DNA from: a bacterium
Lineage (GTDB): Bacteria > Patescibacteriota > Minisyncoccia > UBA6257 > GWB1-50-10
Direction: 5' to 3'
Length of the DNA: 45,591 nt
Assembly (NCBI GenBank): GCA_021814165.1
Contig: JAKAIX010000004.1
Location: 1 to 45,591, forward strand
Shown here: positions 26,579 through 35,764 of the stretch, in pieces
Layout of the letters: every line of letters begins with the position of its first letter
How positions within the stretch are numbered: the stretch's first letter is position 1
The notes under the pieces: generated by a model
What the model was told of the DNA's origin: nothing
What the model saw: only the letters and a program-made list of their open reading frames with translations
Databases searched by the model: none
Made by a program: the position numbers and the translations under genes

Positions 26579-27985
26579 TTATTTGTATCGCTCCACTTCT
26601 TCTTCGCCTCCGAAAATCGCGAGACCCGCCGGCGGTCCCGTTTTCTTGCTCTCCAGGTGACGAAGGTGCGGTTCGGTCAAAACGTTCGTGGTAGGAACAT
26701 GAAAGAGCGAAGCGAGGCATTCGGTATTCATCTTGAGCCAACGCGAGGGCTTGTTCCAGTTGAAGAAATACGACGTCATGACGCGTCCCATAATCGTCTC
26801 CGGAGGAATGGTGCGATGCCGATACATGTAAAGAAGCCGCGCCTTTCGATATTCGCCGCGCGTCCTCGGGAACACGTAGGGTTTGTTCCAAATTCTCGTA
26901 CGGGTACTTAATGAGTAATTCTGGATAAACGAGTTCAAATCGAGCGCCCCGTACTGATTGAACGACCCTACGATTCCTCTTCGCGGGAAGCTGTCATAGA
27001 ACGTCGATTTGGGAGAAAGATAGACGAAACGAATGATAGTATCGAATGCGGGTTTCGAGAGGTTTTTTTCAATCGCCTTCAAGACATCCGTCTGCCCGGG
27101 TGAACGCATGATGAACGACTCGAATTCCTGTTCTTCTCCCTGGGGCGTCATGAATTTTTTCTTCTTCGTTTCCGGCTCCCTCATTTTCTTTACCGCCTCT
27201 TCCCATTTCTCCGCCCATTCTTCGGATCCTGCGGGGGCAGCGAGTATTTGAACTCCCACTATTTCTCCCTTCGAGAGTTTTGCAAATACTTCAAGGAAAG
27301 TTGAGATCGGGTCGAACTTCTTTTCGTCGGCTTCGCTTTCGAAGTCTACATAGGTTTTCACCGGATAATATTCGTCTTTCACGAGCAGCATCTCGCTGCC
27401 CCACATGTCTAATCCCTTCTCGTACACGTCACGAACGCTCTCGGGAATCTTGTCCATAAAATCAGGTACCTCAACGATATCGAGATCCGGATAGTACGAG
27501 AAAAACGCCGCCTCGACGAGACCTTTCAAGCGCGCATACGTCCGCACGTAAAAGTGGGTTTCGCCTTCAAAGGACACCATCTCGAACGCAAACCAGCGCG
27601 TTACTTCTCCGTCTTTGTATTTTTCCTCAAGGTCGTTCGCGGTGTTTCGGAATGTGTGGATTGCGGCGAATACTTGCTCCATCGCCTGGGGGCTTTTCTC
27701 GACATGCCGCGGCATACGAAGTTCGAGAACTACCCATCTGATATCATGCATGAATACTTCCTGCCTCCAGTGGAGCCACGTCCCGTTCGCAATCGGTGCG
27801 ATGATGAGAAATACCCACAGCCACCAGGTACTTTTCAGGAAATAGAGGATCGCGTCCCATAATCCGAAATACGGAATGACGAATGCGCCTCCTATAGCCA
27901 TGAAAAAGAGAATAACCCACGTCTCTTCCTTACCGAAGAGCTCTTCAAAAAAAGTCCCTATTTCCCGCGCCAAATGATCAAACAT
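26579..27985 (-). CDS. Membrane protein resembling the N-terminal partner domain of TraD/VirD4-like ATPases
   Basis: Two N-terminal TMs, LELRMPR...KSPQAMEQ, FAFEMVS, YPD..I.EV.D, and LASLFHVP near the C-terminus. Adjacent to the ATPase. Confidence 0.7.
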   Translation of the reverse strand: MFDHLAREIGTFFEELFGKEETWVILFFMAIGGAFVIPYFGLWDAILYFLKSTWWLWVFLIIAPIANGTWLHWRQEVFMHDIRWVVLELRMPRHVEKSPQAMEQVFAAIHTFRNTANDLEEKYKDGEVTRWFAFEMVSFEGETHFYVRTYARLKGLVEAAFFSYYPDLDIVEVPDFMDKIPESVRDVYEKGLDMWGSEMLLVKDEYYPVKTYVDFESEADEKKFDPISTFLEVFAKLSKGEIVGVQILAAPAGSEEWAEKWEEAVKKMREPETKKKKFMTPQGEEQEFESFIMRSPGQTDVLKAIEKNLSKPAFDTIIRFVYLSPKSTFYDSFPRRGIVGSFNQYGALDLNSFIQNYSLSTRTRIWNKPYVFPRTRGEYRKARLLYMYRHRTIPPETIMGRVMTSYFFNWNKPSRWLKMNTECLASLFHVPTTNVLTEPHLRHLESKKTGPPAGLAIFGGEEEVERYK

Positions 27986-28040
27986 CTATCTCTTTATTGT
28001 AACGCGTTTTTGAGAGAAGAGAAGCCCAGGATGTCCTCAT

Positions 28041-28066
28041 AAAAAAACCACGGGATGAACCCGTGG
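28041..28066 (-). terminator. Intrinsic terminator
   Basis: CCACGGG/CCCGTGG stem followed by T7 on the minus strand. Confidence 0.75.
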
Positions 28067-28074
28067 CATCGTCG

Positions 28075-29097
28075 TTACGCTTCCCTTATCTTATAGCGCC
28101 CGTCGTCAAGCCGCTTGAAATACTTGCGATTCTGAAGATTCAAGAGAATCGTATTTTCCTTCAAAAAGCGCTGTTGGTTCACAAGATTCACCACTTCCGT
28201 CGAGTGAAGCGCCCCGTGCGCCGTAAGAAGCCGGGCGATCACTTCCCGCACCGTACCCGCCTCGAACCCGTTCTCCCGAAGCGCGTACACACCGCGTCCC
28301 ACGAGTACGAAACGTTTGTCTTTGATGAGTTCGTTATGAACGGTCTGTATGTGCGCGGATTTTTTATCGAGCCCGTAGCGGTTGATGTATTTAGCGATAT
28401 CTTCGAAATGAAGCGGTTTCTCGTGTTTCTTCAAGACGAGATACACTTTGTCACGGATGGTTTTCGGCGCAATCTCCGGCCACGTTGCGAGTCCGAAATC
28501 GCCGAATACGTTCACTCCGAAGTGCTTAGGAATCGACAGAAGATGACAGGAGATGAGATCCTTACAGTGCATAAGATAGAGTTTTTTGTCGATCAGTTCC
28601 TGTTTCTTCCCCGTCTTCAAAAAATTCGTCACTTCCTTTACGAAATCAAGAAACTTTGTTTTTGCCTTCTCATCGGAATACCAGTATGCGGCGTATTTCT
28701 CATCTTCCTTTGCGTGCGAAGGCACGCCGGCGACAGAAAGAATAAACCGCAGCTTTTCTTCCGCATATTTCACCGACGAATCGATTTTAAGTGCGAAGAG
28801 AAGATCTTGAATAAAAAGATCGTCGCGTCGGATATCTCCCACGGACTTCAGGTGCTTTACCGCGGCCTCAAGAATATGCGCGGCCGAGGCCTTTACCTTC
28901 TCCCGGAGCTTCTTTACCGCCTGCTCCTCGATCTGACGCACCCGTTCTCTCGTGATTTTAAGCTCGTCGCCGATTGCCTGTAACGTCATCACTTCGCCGT
29001 TCTTAAGACCGAAACGGCCGACCACTACCCGGCGCTGTTTCGGAGAGAAATCCGAGAGGAGGTCATCGATAAATTCGTTTATCTTTGTCTCTTTCAT
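28075..29097 (-). CDS. Sigma70 region-4 HTH fused to C-terminal winged-HTH (RNAP delta/HARE-like) domains
   Basis: RFGL...TLQAIGDELKITRERVRQIE, KPLHFEDIA, QTVHNELIKDKRFVLVGRGVYAL. Confidence 0.8.
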   Translation of the reverse strand: MKETKINEFIDDLLSDFSPKQRRVVVGRFGLKNGEVMTLQAIGDELKITRERVRQIEEQAVKKLREKVKASAAHILEAAVKHLKSVGDIRRDDLFIQDLLFALKIDSSVKYAEEKLRFILSVAGVPSHAKEDEKYAAYWYSDEKAKTKFLDFVKEVTNFLKTGKKQELIDKKLYLMHCKDLISCHLLSIPKHFGVNVFGDFGLATWPEIAPKTIRDKVYLVLKKHEKPLHFEDIAKYINRYGLDKKSAHIQTVHNELIKDKRFVLVGRGVYALRENGFEAGTVREVIARLLTAHGALHSTEVVNLVNQQRFLKENTILLNLQNRKYFKRLDDGRYKIREA

Positions 29098-29193
29098 ACT
29101 TTAAAAAGATTCTAGCATAATTCGGAAATGGGGTCAACCCCCCTCTCCGGGGGAGGTTTACTCCTTAAATACACTCCCCCCCCAGGTGACCTC

Positions 29194-30096
29194 TTATTTC
29201 TTCTGCCAGAGGTGCAAAAGCGGACTTGCCACAAAGATCGAGGAGTAGGTTCCGAATATCGTGCCGACGAGAATGGTGAGAATGAAGTAAAACAGGGAGG
29301 AAGGGCCGAATACAAGGAGCGCGCAAAGCACGAGGATAAGCGTGAATGAAGTGTTAACCGACCGCGCGAAAGTCTCCTTTACGCTGTAGTTTATGATATC
29401 GCCGAGAGGAGTTTTCTTCCCCCGCTCCCGAATCAAGTTCTCACGGATACGGTCAAACACAACGATCGTGTCATGCACGGAGAAACCCATCACTACGAGG
29501 AGCGCCACAATGAAATTCGTATCCATTTCAATCCCCTTCCATGCGCCCAAGACCGCGAGAAGCCCCGTCGGAATCATCACGTCATGAAAAAGCGTGACGA
29601 GCGTAACGAGACCGTACTTCCACGACTTTACCGGTTCCGAGACCTTCCGGAATGCCCACGCGATATAGAGCGAGATGCCGAAGAGGACCGCGGCGATTGC
29701 CCACATCGCGTTTCGTTTCAGCTCCGCGCCGATCGCGGGTCCGATGCTCGAGAAGTTTCTTTCTTCAAACTCTCCGAAAGCGGTTCGAAGCGCCTGCACG
29801 TTCGCCTGATGCTCGTCGTTACCCATAGTGTGAGTGCGTATAAGAAAACTTCCGTCATCCTCTTTCTTTACTATCACCTCGGTATTCTTGCTTGCTTGCT
29901 GCACTATGGATTGTATCCCGCTCTCGGTGACGTCGGTCTTTTGGAACGCGATCCGCCACTGCGTTCCTCCCTGAAGATCGATCCCCGCTTTCAAACCAAG
30001 CACGAGGACAAGTACGATACTGAAAGCGACGAGAGTTCCCGAAAACCCGAGGAAATAGCTTTTGTTCTTTATTATGTCCAGATTTTGGATTTTCAT
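29194..30096 (-). CDS. secF: Protein translocase subunit SecF
   Basis: GIDLQGG, IGPAIG, LFHDV, GFSVHDTIVVFDRIRE, RSVNTS, GTYSSIFVA. Confidence 0.96.
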   Translation of the reverse strand: MKIQNLDIIKNKSYFLGFSGTLVAFSIVLVLVLGLKAGIDLQGGTQWRIAFQKTDVTESGIQSIVQQASKNTEVIVKKEDDGSFLIRTHTMGNDEHQANVQALRTAFGEFEERNFSSIGPAIGAELKRNAMWAIAAVLFGISLYIAWAFRKVSEPVKSWKYGLVTLVTLFHDVMIPTGLLAVLGAWKGIEMDTNFIVALLVVMGFSVHDTIVVFDRIRENLIRERGKKTPLGDIINYSVKETFARSVNTSFTLILVLCALLVFGPSSLFYFILTILVGTIFGTYSSIFVASPLLHLWQKK

Positions 30097-30101
30097 ATGC
30101 G

Positions 30102-31394
30102 TTACTGCGGTTGGGTCCGCGCTTGTTTTCTGTCATCCCGACTCATGGAAACACGAAGCATGGTGCGGGTAATCGTGATTGCGGAAAACATACTCACTAC
30201 CACGCCGATAAATAACGTCAGCGCGAAGCCGCGGACGAAACTCGAGGTAAGATAATAGAGCACCGCGGCGGTTATCATCGTCGAGATGTTCGAATCGCGG
30301 ATCGAAGTCCACGCCCTCTTGAAACCCTCCTCGATCGCGGAAACATGACTCAATCCCTTCTGTAACTCCTCTTTCGTACGCTCAAACACGAGCACGTTTG
30401 CGTCGACCGCCATGCCGATCGAGAGAATAAATCCTGCGATTCCGGAAAGTGTCATGGTAACCGGTAATATCTTGAAAATCGCAAGCGTCAAGGCAACATA
30501 CATCGCAAGCGCCGCGGCGGCGAATAACCCCAGTTTCTTATAATATGCGATCATGAAGAGCATCACGGCGAGAGTGCCGATAATGCCCGCCGTAATCGCG
30601 CGATTCAACGCATCTCTTCCGAAGTCGGCGCTCACCGTTTGCTGATTTACAAGCGAGATAGGCGCAGGAAGCGCTCCCGCATTGAAACGTTCCACGATCT
30701 GCCGCACCCGATCAAGCGTGAAATTTCCCGAAATTACCGCCTTCCCTCCGGAGATTTCGGTCTGCACGGTAGGACAACTGTCGTTCGGGTTATCGGGAAT
30801 AATGAAGTTGCCGTCGATAAAGATACAAAGCGGTTTTCCGACTAATCGCTTCGTAAGATCCTGGAACAGCGTCGCGCCTTCGTTATTCAGGGAAAAATCT
30901 ATTTCAGGCGCGCGCGTCGTCTGGTTAAACGCCACCTGCGCGCTTTGCACGTACCGTCCGTTCAGTTCGGTGGGGATAAAGTTCGCCGTGCTCGTTCCCG
31001 TAACTTCCATTTCCCTGAAGTCAAGAAAAGGCGTCGCGCCGATTTCCTGGATGGCTTTATTCACGTCCTTAATCCCTGCAAGCTCCACCGCGAGCCGCGA
31101 AGCGTCGCCGCTCGTCTCGGTATATACCTTCGGTTCGCTCACGCCGAACAGATTCACGCGCTTTTCGATCACGTCGCGCATCCCGGATACCACCGAATCC
31201 CTGTCGGCGGGGGTGATTTTCGAGAGATCGATCTCATAGGTAAGCAAACTTCCGCCCGCGAGATCAAGTCCGAGATTCCACGGACGAAACGAGCTTACCG
31301 TCTGCCATACGGGTTCGTAATCGAACACCGCAGCGCAAAGCGAGAGCGCGATAACGATAATAAGTAATATTCCTGCCTTTTTCCGTGAAAACAT
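30102..31394 (-). CDS. secD: Protein translocase subunit SecD
   Basis: LGLDLAGG, RVNLFGVSEP, GALP, TLSGIAGFILSIGMAVDANVLVFER, IRDSN, VRGFA. Confidence 0.96.
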   Translation of the reverse strand: MFSRKKAGILLIIVIALSLCAAVFDYEPVWQTVSSFRPWNLGLDLAGGSLLTYEIDLSKITPADRDSVVSGMRDVIEKRVNLFGVSEPKVYTETSGDASRLAVELAGIKDVNKAIQEIGATPFLDFREMEVTGTSTANFIPTELNGRYVQSAQVAFNQTTRAPEIDFSLNNEGATLFQDLTKRLVGKPLCIFIDGNFIIPDNPNDSCPTVQTEISGGKAVISGNFTLDRVRQIVERFNAGALPAPISLVNQQTVSADFGRDALNRAITAGIIGTLAVMLFMIAYYKKLGLFAAAALAMYVALTLAIFKILPVTMTLSGIAGFILSIGMAVDANVLVFERTKEELQKGLSHVSAIEEGFKRAWTSIRDSNISTMITAAVLYYLTSSFVRGFALTLFIGVVVSMFSAITITRTMLRVSMSRDDRKQARTQPQ

Positions 31395-31453
31395 CCCTAA
31401 GAGTGTATCTCACAAATAATAAACAATCAACTTCGCCCTCAATTCTTTCCCTC

Positions 31454-32491
31454 TTACTTAAACGCTTCCACGAACTTAATCGGATCCACCGAGACGCCGT
31501 TTATTTTCACCGAAAGATGGAGGTGCGGCCCCGTCGCATATCCCGTCTGTCCCAGGGTGCCGATGACCTGTCCCCGTTTCACCTTCGCTCCCTTCGCGGT
31601 CAGAATCGTCTTTAGGTGAAGATACATCGAGAAAATCCCTTCTCCGTGATCAATAATAACCATATTCCCGTAGAGCGCCGTATTCTCCGCTTTTTCCACT
31701 ATGCCATCGTTCATTGCCGCAACCTTGCTCCCTTCCGCGCCGCGGAAATCAACGCCGAGATGAGTGATCGTCTGATCCCCCGTTTTTCGGATCTCGCCGA
31801 AAACCGATCCGAGACGCGTATTATCGGCAAGCGGAAGGCCGAAACCGCGCGTGAAAAATACTTCGGGGGTTACAAGCGCCACGATCGCGTTCAGCTCGGC
31901 GTTTTCTTTCGAGAGGTCCTGCACAAGCTGGGAGGGGGTGGTCGTTCCCATCTTTTCGGGAATACCGAGGTCGACGACGGGGAAATTTCCCTTCTTCACC
32001 GATAGGGACTTTGAATATTCGGGATTACCGTCGCCCGTCACGCGTACCGTATGCGTCCCGATCGACTCGTGTGCTCCAACCGGAATCAGCGCCCGCAACC
32101 CGTTTTGGTATGGGAACACGGGGATACTTTTTCCGTCGTAAAACACTTTCGGATTTTTCGGATTTCCGGAAACGTCCACGAGCACCGTCTCTCCCTGGGA
32201 GGGGGTGAGATCGGAGAGCTCCACAGAAAATGCCGCAGGCACAACCTTCTCGATTGTCATGCTTGTCGGAACCGCGAGAGTTGTTGTGGCGGCGGCGGTC
32301 GAGGTCACCGCAATTGTACTTGACGGAAAACTCGAAACATTTTCCTCCGCGAGCACGGAAGAGGAGGACAATACGGTTTTATCTAATCCGGCGCTCGGCA
32401 CCGTGATCACCTGATTTCTCTCTCCAAAAACCAGGATTCCTCCAACGATTCCAACGCCAAGAATTAATAACACGATAACTGCGTACTTCAT
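31454..32491 (-). CDS. M23 family metallopeptidase, membrane-anchored (start MKYAV)
   Basis: HLGVD, YGNMVIIDHG, YLHL, TGYATGPHLH. N-terminal TM and Ser/Thr linker. Confidence 0.9.
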   Translation of the reverse strand: MKYAVIVLLILGVGIVGGILVFGERNQVITVPSAGLDKTVLSSSSVLAEENVSSFPSSTIAVTSTAAATTTLAVPTSMTIEKVVPAAFSVELSDLTPSQGETVLVDVSGNPKNPKVFYDGKSIPVFPYQNGLRALIPVGAHESIGTHTVRVTGDGNPEYSKSLSVKKGNFPVVDLGIPEKMGTTTPSQLVQDLSKENAELNAIVALVTPEVFFTRGFGLPLADNTRLGSVFGEIRKTGDQTITHLGVDFRGAEGSKVAAMNDGIVEKAENTALYGNMVIIDHGEGIFSMYLHLKTILTAKGAKVKRGQVIGTLGQTGYATGPHLHLSVKINGVSVDPIKFVEAFK

Positions 32492-32510
32492 TGGTTTTAT
32501 TGTAATGAAA

Positions 32511-33821
32511 CTAGGCAATATTCAAAAGGAATTTTTCTTTGAACTCGGAAAATGCATTTTCGAGAATCGATTTCCTTATCCGCTCAAGGAGATTATTGAA
32601 AAAATAGATGTTATGCGCGGTGGCGAGATGGCCCGCCTCCATGTTTTTTGATTTGAAGAGTTCGCGAAGCTCTCCCCGCGTGATCTTTTTCTCTCCGCAC
32701 GCGATACACCCGCATCCTTCCTCAATTGGTTTTTTACTTTCCTCAAAAGCGCCTTTCCGTACGTCAAATCGGCCCCTTGCGGTCCATAAGGACCCGTGCC
32801 GTGCCTCCCTCGTCGGAATCACGCAATCGAACGTATCCATGCCGAGTTCGACCGCATCGAACACGTCTTCGATTCGTCCGATTCCCAAAAGATGCCGCGG
32901 CTTCTCCTTCGGAAGGTATGGGGTACTCCACCTCAAGACGGAGATCATCTGCTCCCGCGGCGCGCCCATTGACTCGCCGTACGATCCGCCGATCGCAAAC
33001 CCTTCAAAAGGTTGTCCTCCGATGAATGCCGCACTCTCTTTCCTTAAATTTTCAAACGCTCCTCCTTGTACCACACCGTACATCATCTGATCTTTCCTTG
33101 TGCGCGCCTTGAGTGATCGGATCGCCCATCTGTGCGTCCGCGCAAGCGATTCTTCGGTATAGGCGTGATCGTGCAAAGGCGAAGTGGGTTCGTCAAACGC
33201 CACGATGATATCCGCACCCAGTTTTTCCTGAATATGAATAGATGTCTCGGCATCCAAATACTGTTCCCCGTCCTCGGTTAAAAAATAAACACCATCATCA
33301 GTTACTCTCACCAAATTTTCTCTACTCCCGGGAAGAAAACTATCTGATGGAAGCTCTCGGAACCCCGGTGAGCTTGGTGTCCGATTTTTGTCGGACTCAC
33401 CGGGGTGAGAGCGCAGGGCGGCTTCGTCCGCTGGAGACGAAGAACGCCCGGTTCCAGAAGATAGTTTTCTTCCCGGAAATGCTTTCCCCATCTTCCCCAT
33501 GCCATGCTCTCTCCCAAATCCGAAACTGAATACTTGGAATCCCCCGCTGTCGGTCATTAAAGGGCCGTCCCATCTCATCCTTTTGTGTAGTCCTTCGAAC
33601 GCCTCCAACTTCTTGCCGAGCGTTCTCCAAAGATGATAGGTATTTGCGATGATAAGTTGTGTTTTCGTGCGCGGAAGTTCTTCGGGCGGCACGCATCTTA
33701 CCGCGGCGTCAGTACCCACCACCACATAGGAAGGTGTTTTCACTTCCCCATGCGGTGTTTTCAGGATTCCCGCTCTCGCGTGCGTTTTCGAATCTTCTTT
33801 TACTATCTCGAAATAAGACAC
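32511..33821 (-). CDS. tgt: tRNA-guanine transglycosylase with ~50-aa insertion (GTG start)
   Basis: ARAG...TPHG, NTYHL, TDSGGFQ, VQGG, KPRHLLGIG, DCVIPTREARHG and the Zn site CGCIAC...HN. Confidence 0.95.
   Translation of the reverse strand: MSYFEIVKEDSKTHARAGILKTPHGEVKTPSYVVVGTDAAVRCVPPEELPRTKTQLIIANTYHLWRTLGKKLEAFEGLHKRMRWDGPLMTDSGGFQVFSFGFGREHGMGKMGKAFPGRKLSSGTGRSSSPADEAALRSHPGESDKNRTPSSPGFRELPSDSFLPGSRENLVRVTDDGVYFLTEDGEQYLDAETSIHIQEKLGADIIVAFDEPTSPLHDHAYTEESLARTHRWAIRSLKARTRKDQMMYGVVQGGAFENLRKESAAFIGGQPFEGFAIGGSYGESMGAPREQMISVLRWSTPYLPKEKPRHLLGIGRIEDVFDAVELGMDTFDCVIPTREARHGSLWTARGRFDVRKGAFEESKKPIEEGCGCIACGEKKITRGELRELFKSKNMEAGHLATAHNIYFFNNLLERIRKSILENAFSEFKEKFLLNIA
33328..33476. mobile_element. 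149-bp MITE-like/palindromic element inserted in frame in tgt
   Basis: 18-bp perfect terminal inverted repeat CCGGGAAGAAAACTATCT/AGATAGTTTTCTTCCCGG, with internal nested stems. Confidence 0.7.
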
Positions 33822-33870
33822 TTCGTTAATGTAACTTATACATACAATAAAACAATTCTCCCACAAAGAC

Positions 33871-34062
33871 GATACTTTCTTCCTTGAGGAAGCATCGTGA
33901 AGCAAGATGTATGCCTTCCCGAGCGAAGACGAAGGAAATGAGGAGGTTCTACGCTGTCCGAATCCCGTAAGGTTGAGTTGTAGAACCCCTCAATTTCCGA
34001 GGATGAGCGAGGAGAAGGCAAATCGAGCGGAACGTTTTGCTGACCGAGAGGAAGAAAGTATC
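33871..34062. repeat. 192-bp long-hairpin element with 14-bp terminal inverted repeat
   Basis: GATACTTTCTTCCT/AGGAAGAAAGTATC ends. Inner GCCTTC/GAAGGC and GGAAATGAGGAGGTTCTAC/GTAGAACCCCTCAATTTCC stems. Confidence 0.75.
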
Positions 34063-34065
34063 AAC

Positions 34066-35739
34066 TTACTCTTTTCGCATGTGTTCCATCGCATACTCAA
34101 ATGTTCCCCCTACTTTCTTCCGAGGATTGAAGACGCGAAGAGGATCGAAAATATCTTTTACTTCTTCGAAAAGCGAAATAATCTTTTTCCCGTACATCTC
34201 CTCAAGATACGGCGTGCGGATCAGGCCGTCGTTGTGTTCCGCGGTAATTGACCCGCCATATTTAAAAACCAGCTTATATACCTCTTCCGTTACTTTCGGG
34301 ATTATCATTCTTGTTGCTTCGTCATTCAAACGCACGAGCGGAATGATGTGGAAGTTGCCGTTCCCGGGATGCCCCGCTATGGTGTAGATTAACTTATCCT
34401 TATACTTGTCGAGGATCGCATTTACCTGCGGCAGAAGCTCCGGCATATATTTTGGATCGACCACAATATCGTCGATAAACGGCGCCGCATACATTCCCTT
34501 AACGTGACTATGAAGAAGATTAAAACTTTGTCTCCGTATCGTCCAGTATTTCTGGGCCCCCTCTTCGGTTTTTATGACACGCGCCCCGACGGGATAATTC
34601 CGCACTACTCCCATGGCGCTATTCATATCATCTTTAAGTTTCGTCTCATTATCCGAAGCGAACGAAATAAGAAGTATCATCTGCGGAACTCCTCTTTGCA
34701 CCACCATCCGAAGTTCCGGGAGGAATTGAAAAAGAAGCTTTATCGCGCTCCCTTTCATTAATTTTAGAAGAGACGGCAAAAATCTCATGGCGAGTTTCAG
34801 CGTCTTGTCGTCATACGACTCGATGCTCTCCGGATGGAATTTCAAAATATCTTCCACAAGTCCCGGTATCGGGCCAAGCGTTTTCGAGAACACCACAAGA
34901 AGCCCCGAGTACCGTTTCTTCCTAAGAAGTTTTACCTTCGCGGACGTAAGGAGTCCGAGCGTTCCCTGCGATCCCACGATGAGTTTCGTAATATCGAATG
35001 TTTTTTTATCCCCTGCCTGCGCCATGCCTGCGCATGCAGGAGGCGGGCACACGTTCCACAAATAGTATCCGGCGGAATTTTTCGAGACCTTCGGCTTCGC
35101 CGCTTGAATCACGTCGTAGTTATCCTTTATAAGTTTGTAGAGCTTCCTATATATATCACTCTCGAAATCCTGCTCTCTGAGTTTCACCTGCAATTCGTTT
35201 TCAGAAAGCGGTTTCAAGACGTGTTCTTTCCCGTCGGCAAGAACGATCGTTACTTCCTCAACATACTTTTCCGTCTTTCCGTACTCAAGCGTCTTTTCGC
35301 CTCCGGAGTTGTTGTTTACAATTCCTCCCATCGCGCATAAATCTTTCGAAGCGGGACAGGAAGGGAAAAGGAGGTTTTTCTTGTCGAGCTCACGCTCAAG
35401 ATCGCGAAAGTAGACGCCCGGCTCGACAATTGCATAATCATCTCCGATCTCCCTGATATGATTAAAATATTTCGTGAACTCGACGATCACGGAATCGTTC
35501 AGAGGCCCTCCCGACATATCCGTCCCCGCAGAACGGCCGGTGAGAGATATCTCCTCGCCGTTCTTTCTTTTCTCCACGGCATAAGAAACGAGATTTTCCA
35601 CATCTTTTCTGTCTTTCGGAAATACCACGACCTTCGGCTCCACCCGGAAAATCGAGTAATCGCTGTCATATTTCGAAAGCGTCGCCTTATCGGATATCAC
35701 ATCGCCTTCTATAAGTTTTTTTAGATCATCTGTGAGCAT
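34066..35739 (-). CDS. FAD-binding oxidoreductase (GlcD/D-lactate dehydrogenase-like), start MLTDD
   Basis: RSAGTDMSGG, GGIVNNNSGG, KNSAGY, GSQGTLG, GHPGNGNFH, TAEHNDGLIR, FDPLRVFNP. Confidence 0.9.
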   Translation of the reverse strand: MLTDDLKKLIEGDVISDKATLSKYDSDYSIFRVEPKVVVFPKDRKDVENLVSYAVEKRKNGEEISLTGRSAGTDMSGGPLNDSVIVEFTKYFNHIREIGDDYAIVEPGVYFRDLERELDKKNLLFPSCPASKDLCAMGGIVNNNSGGEKTLEYGKTEKYVEEVTIVLADGKEHVLKPLSENELQVKLREQDFESDIYRKLYKLIKDNYDVIQAAKPKVSKNSAGYYLWNVCPPPACAGMAQAGDKKTFDITKLIVGSQGTLGLLTSAKVKLLRKKRYSGLLVVFSKTLGPIPGLVEDILKFHPESIESYDDKTLKLAMRFLPSLLKLMKGSAIKLLFQFLPELRMVVQRGVPQMILLISFASDNETKLKDDMNSAMGVVRNYPVGARVIKTEEGAQKYWTIRRQSFNLLHSHVKGMYAAPFIDDIVVDPKYMPELLPQVNAILDKYKDKLIYTIAGHPGNGNFHIIPLVRLNDEATRMIIPKVTEEVYKLVFKYGGSITAEHNDGLIRTPYLEEMYGKKIISLFEEVKDIFDPLRVFNPRKKVGGTFEYAMEHMRKE

Positions 35740-35764
35740 AAATAAAAGTACAGAGAGTTTTATA

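Noticed and set aside
26574-26891. Upstream extensions of ORF-track calls (also 16739-16789, 20162-20245, 33822-33905, 35740-35844, 24337-24384)
   Set aside because: They overlap neighbouring genes or repeats. Downstream starts match family N-termini and coupling patterns.
9375-27985. Conjugative element/ICE or prophage
   Set aside because: No integrase, relaxase, VirB channel or phage structural genes. The flanks are housekeeping genes.
29112-29349. Short ORFs and the G/C-run hairpin downstream of secF
   Set aside because: The ORFs overlap secF and lack coding features. The hairpin near 29136-29158 is weak and has no second copy in the window.
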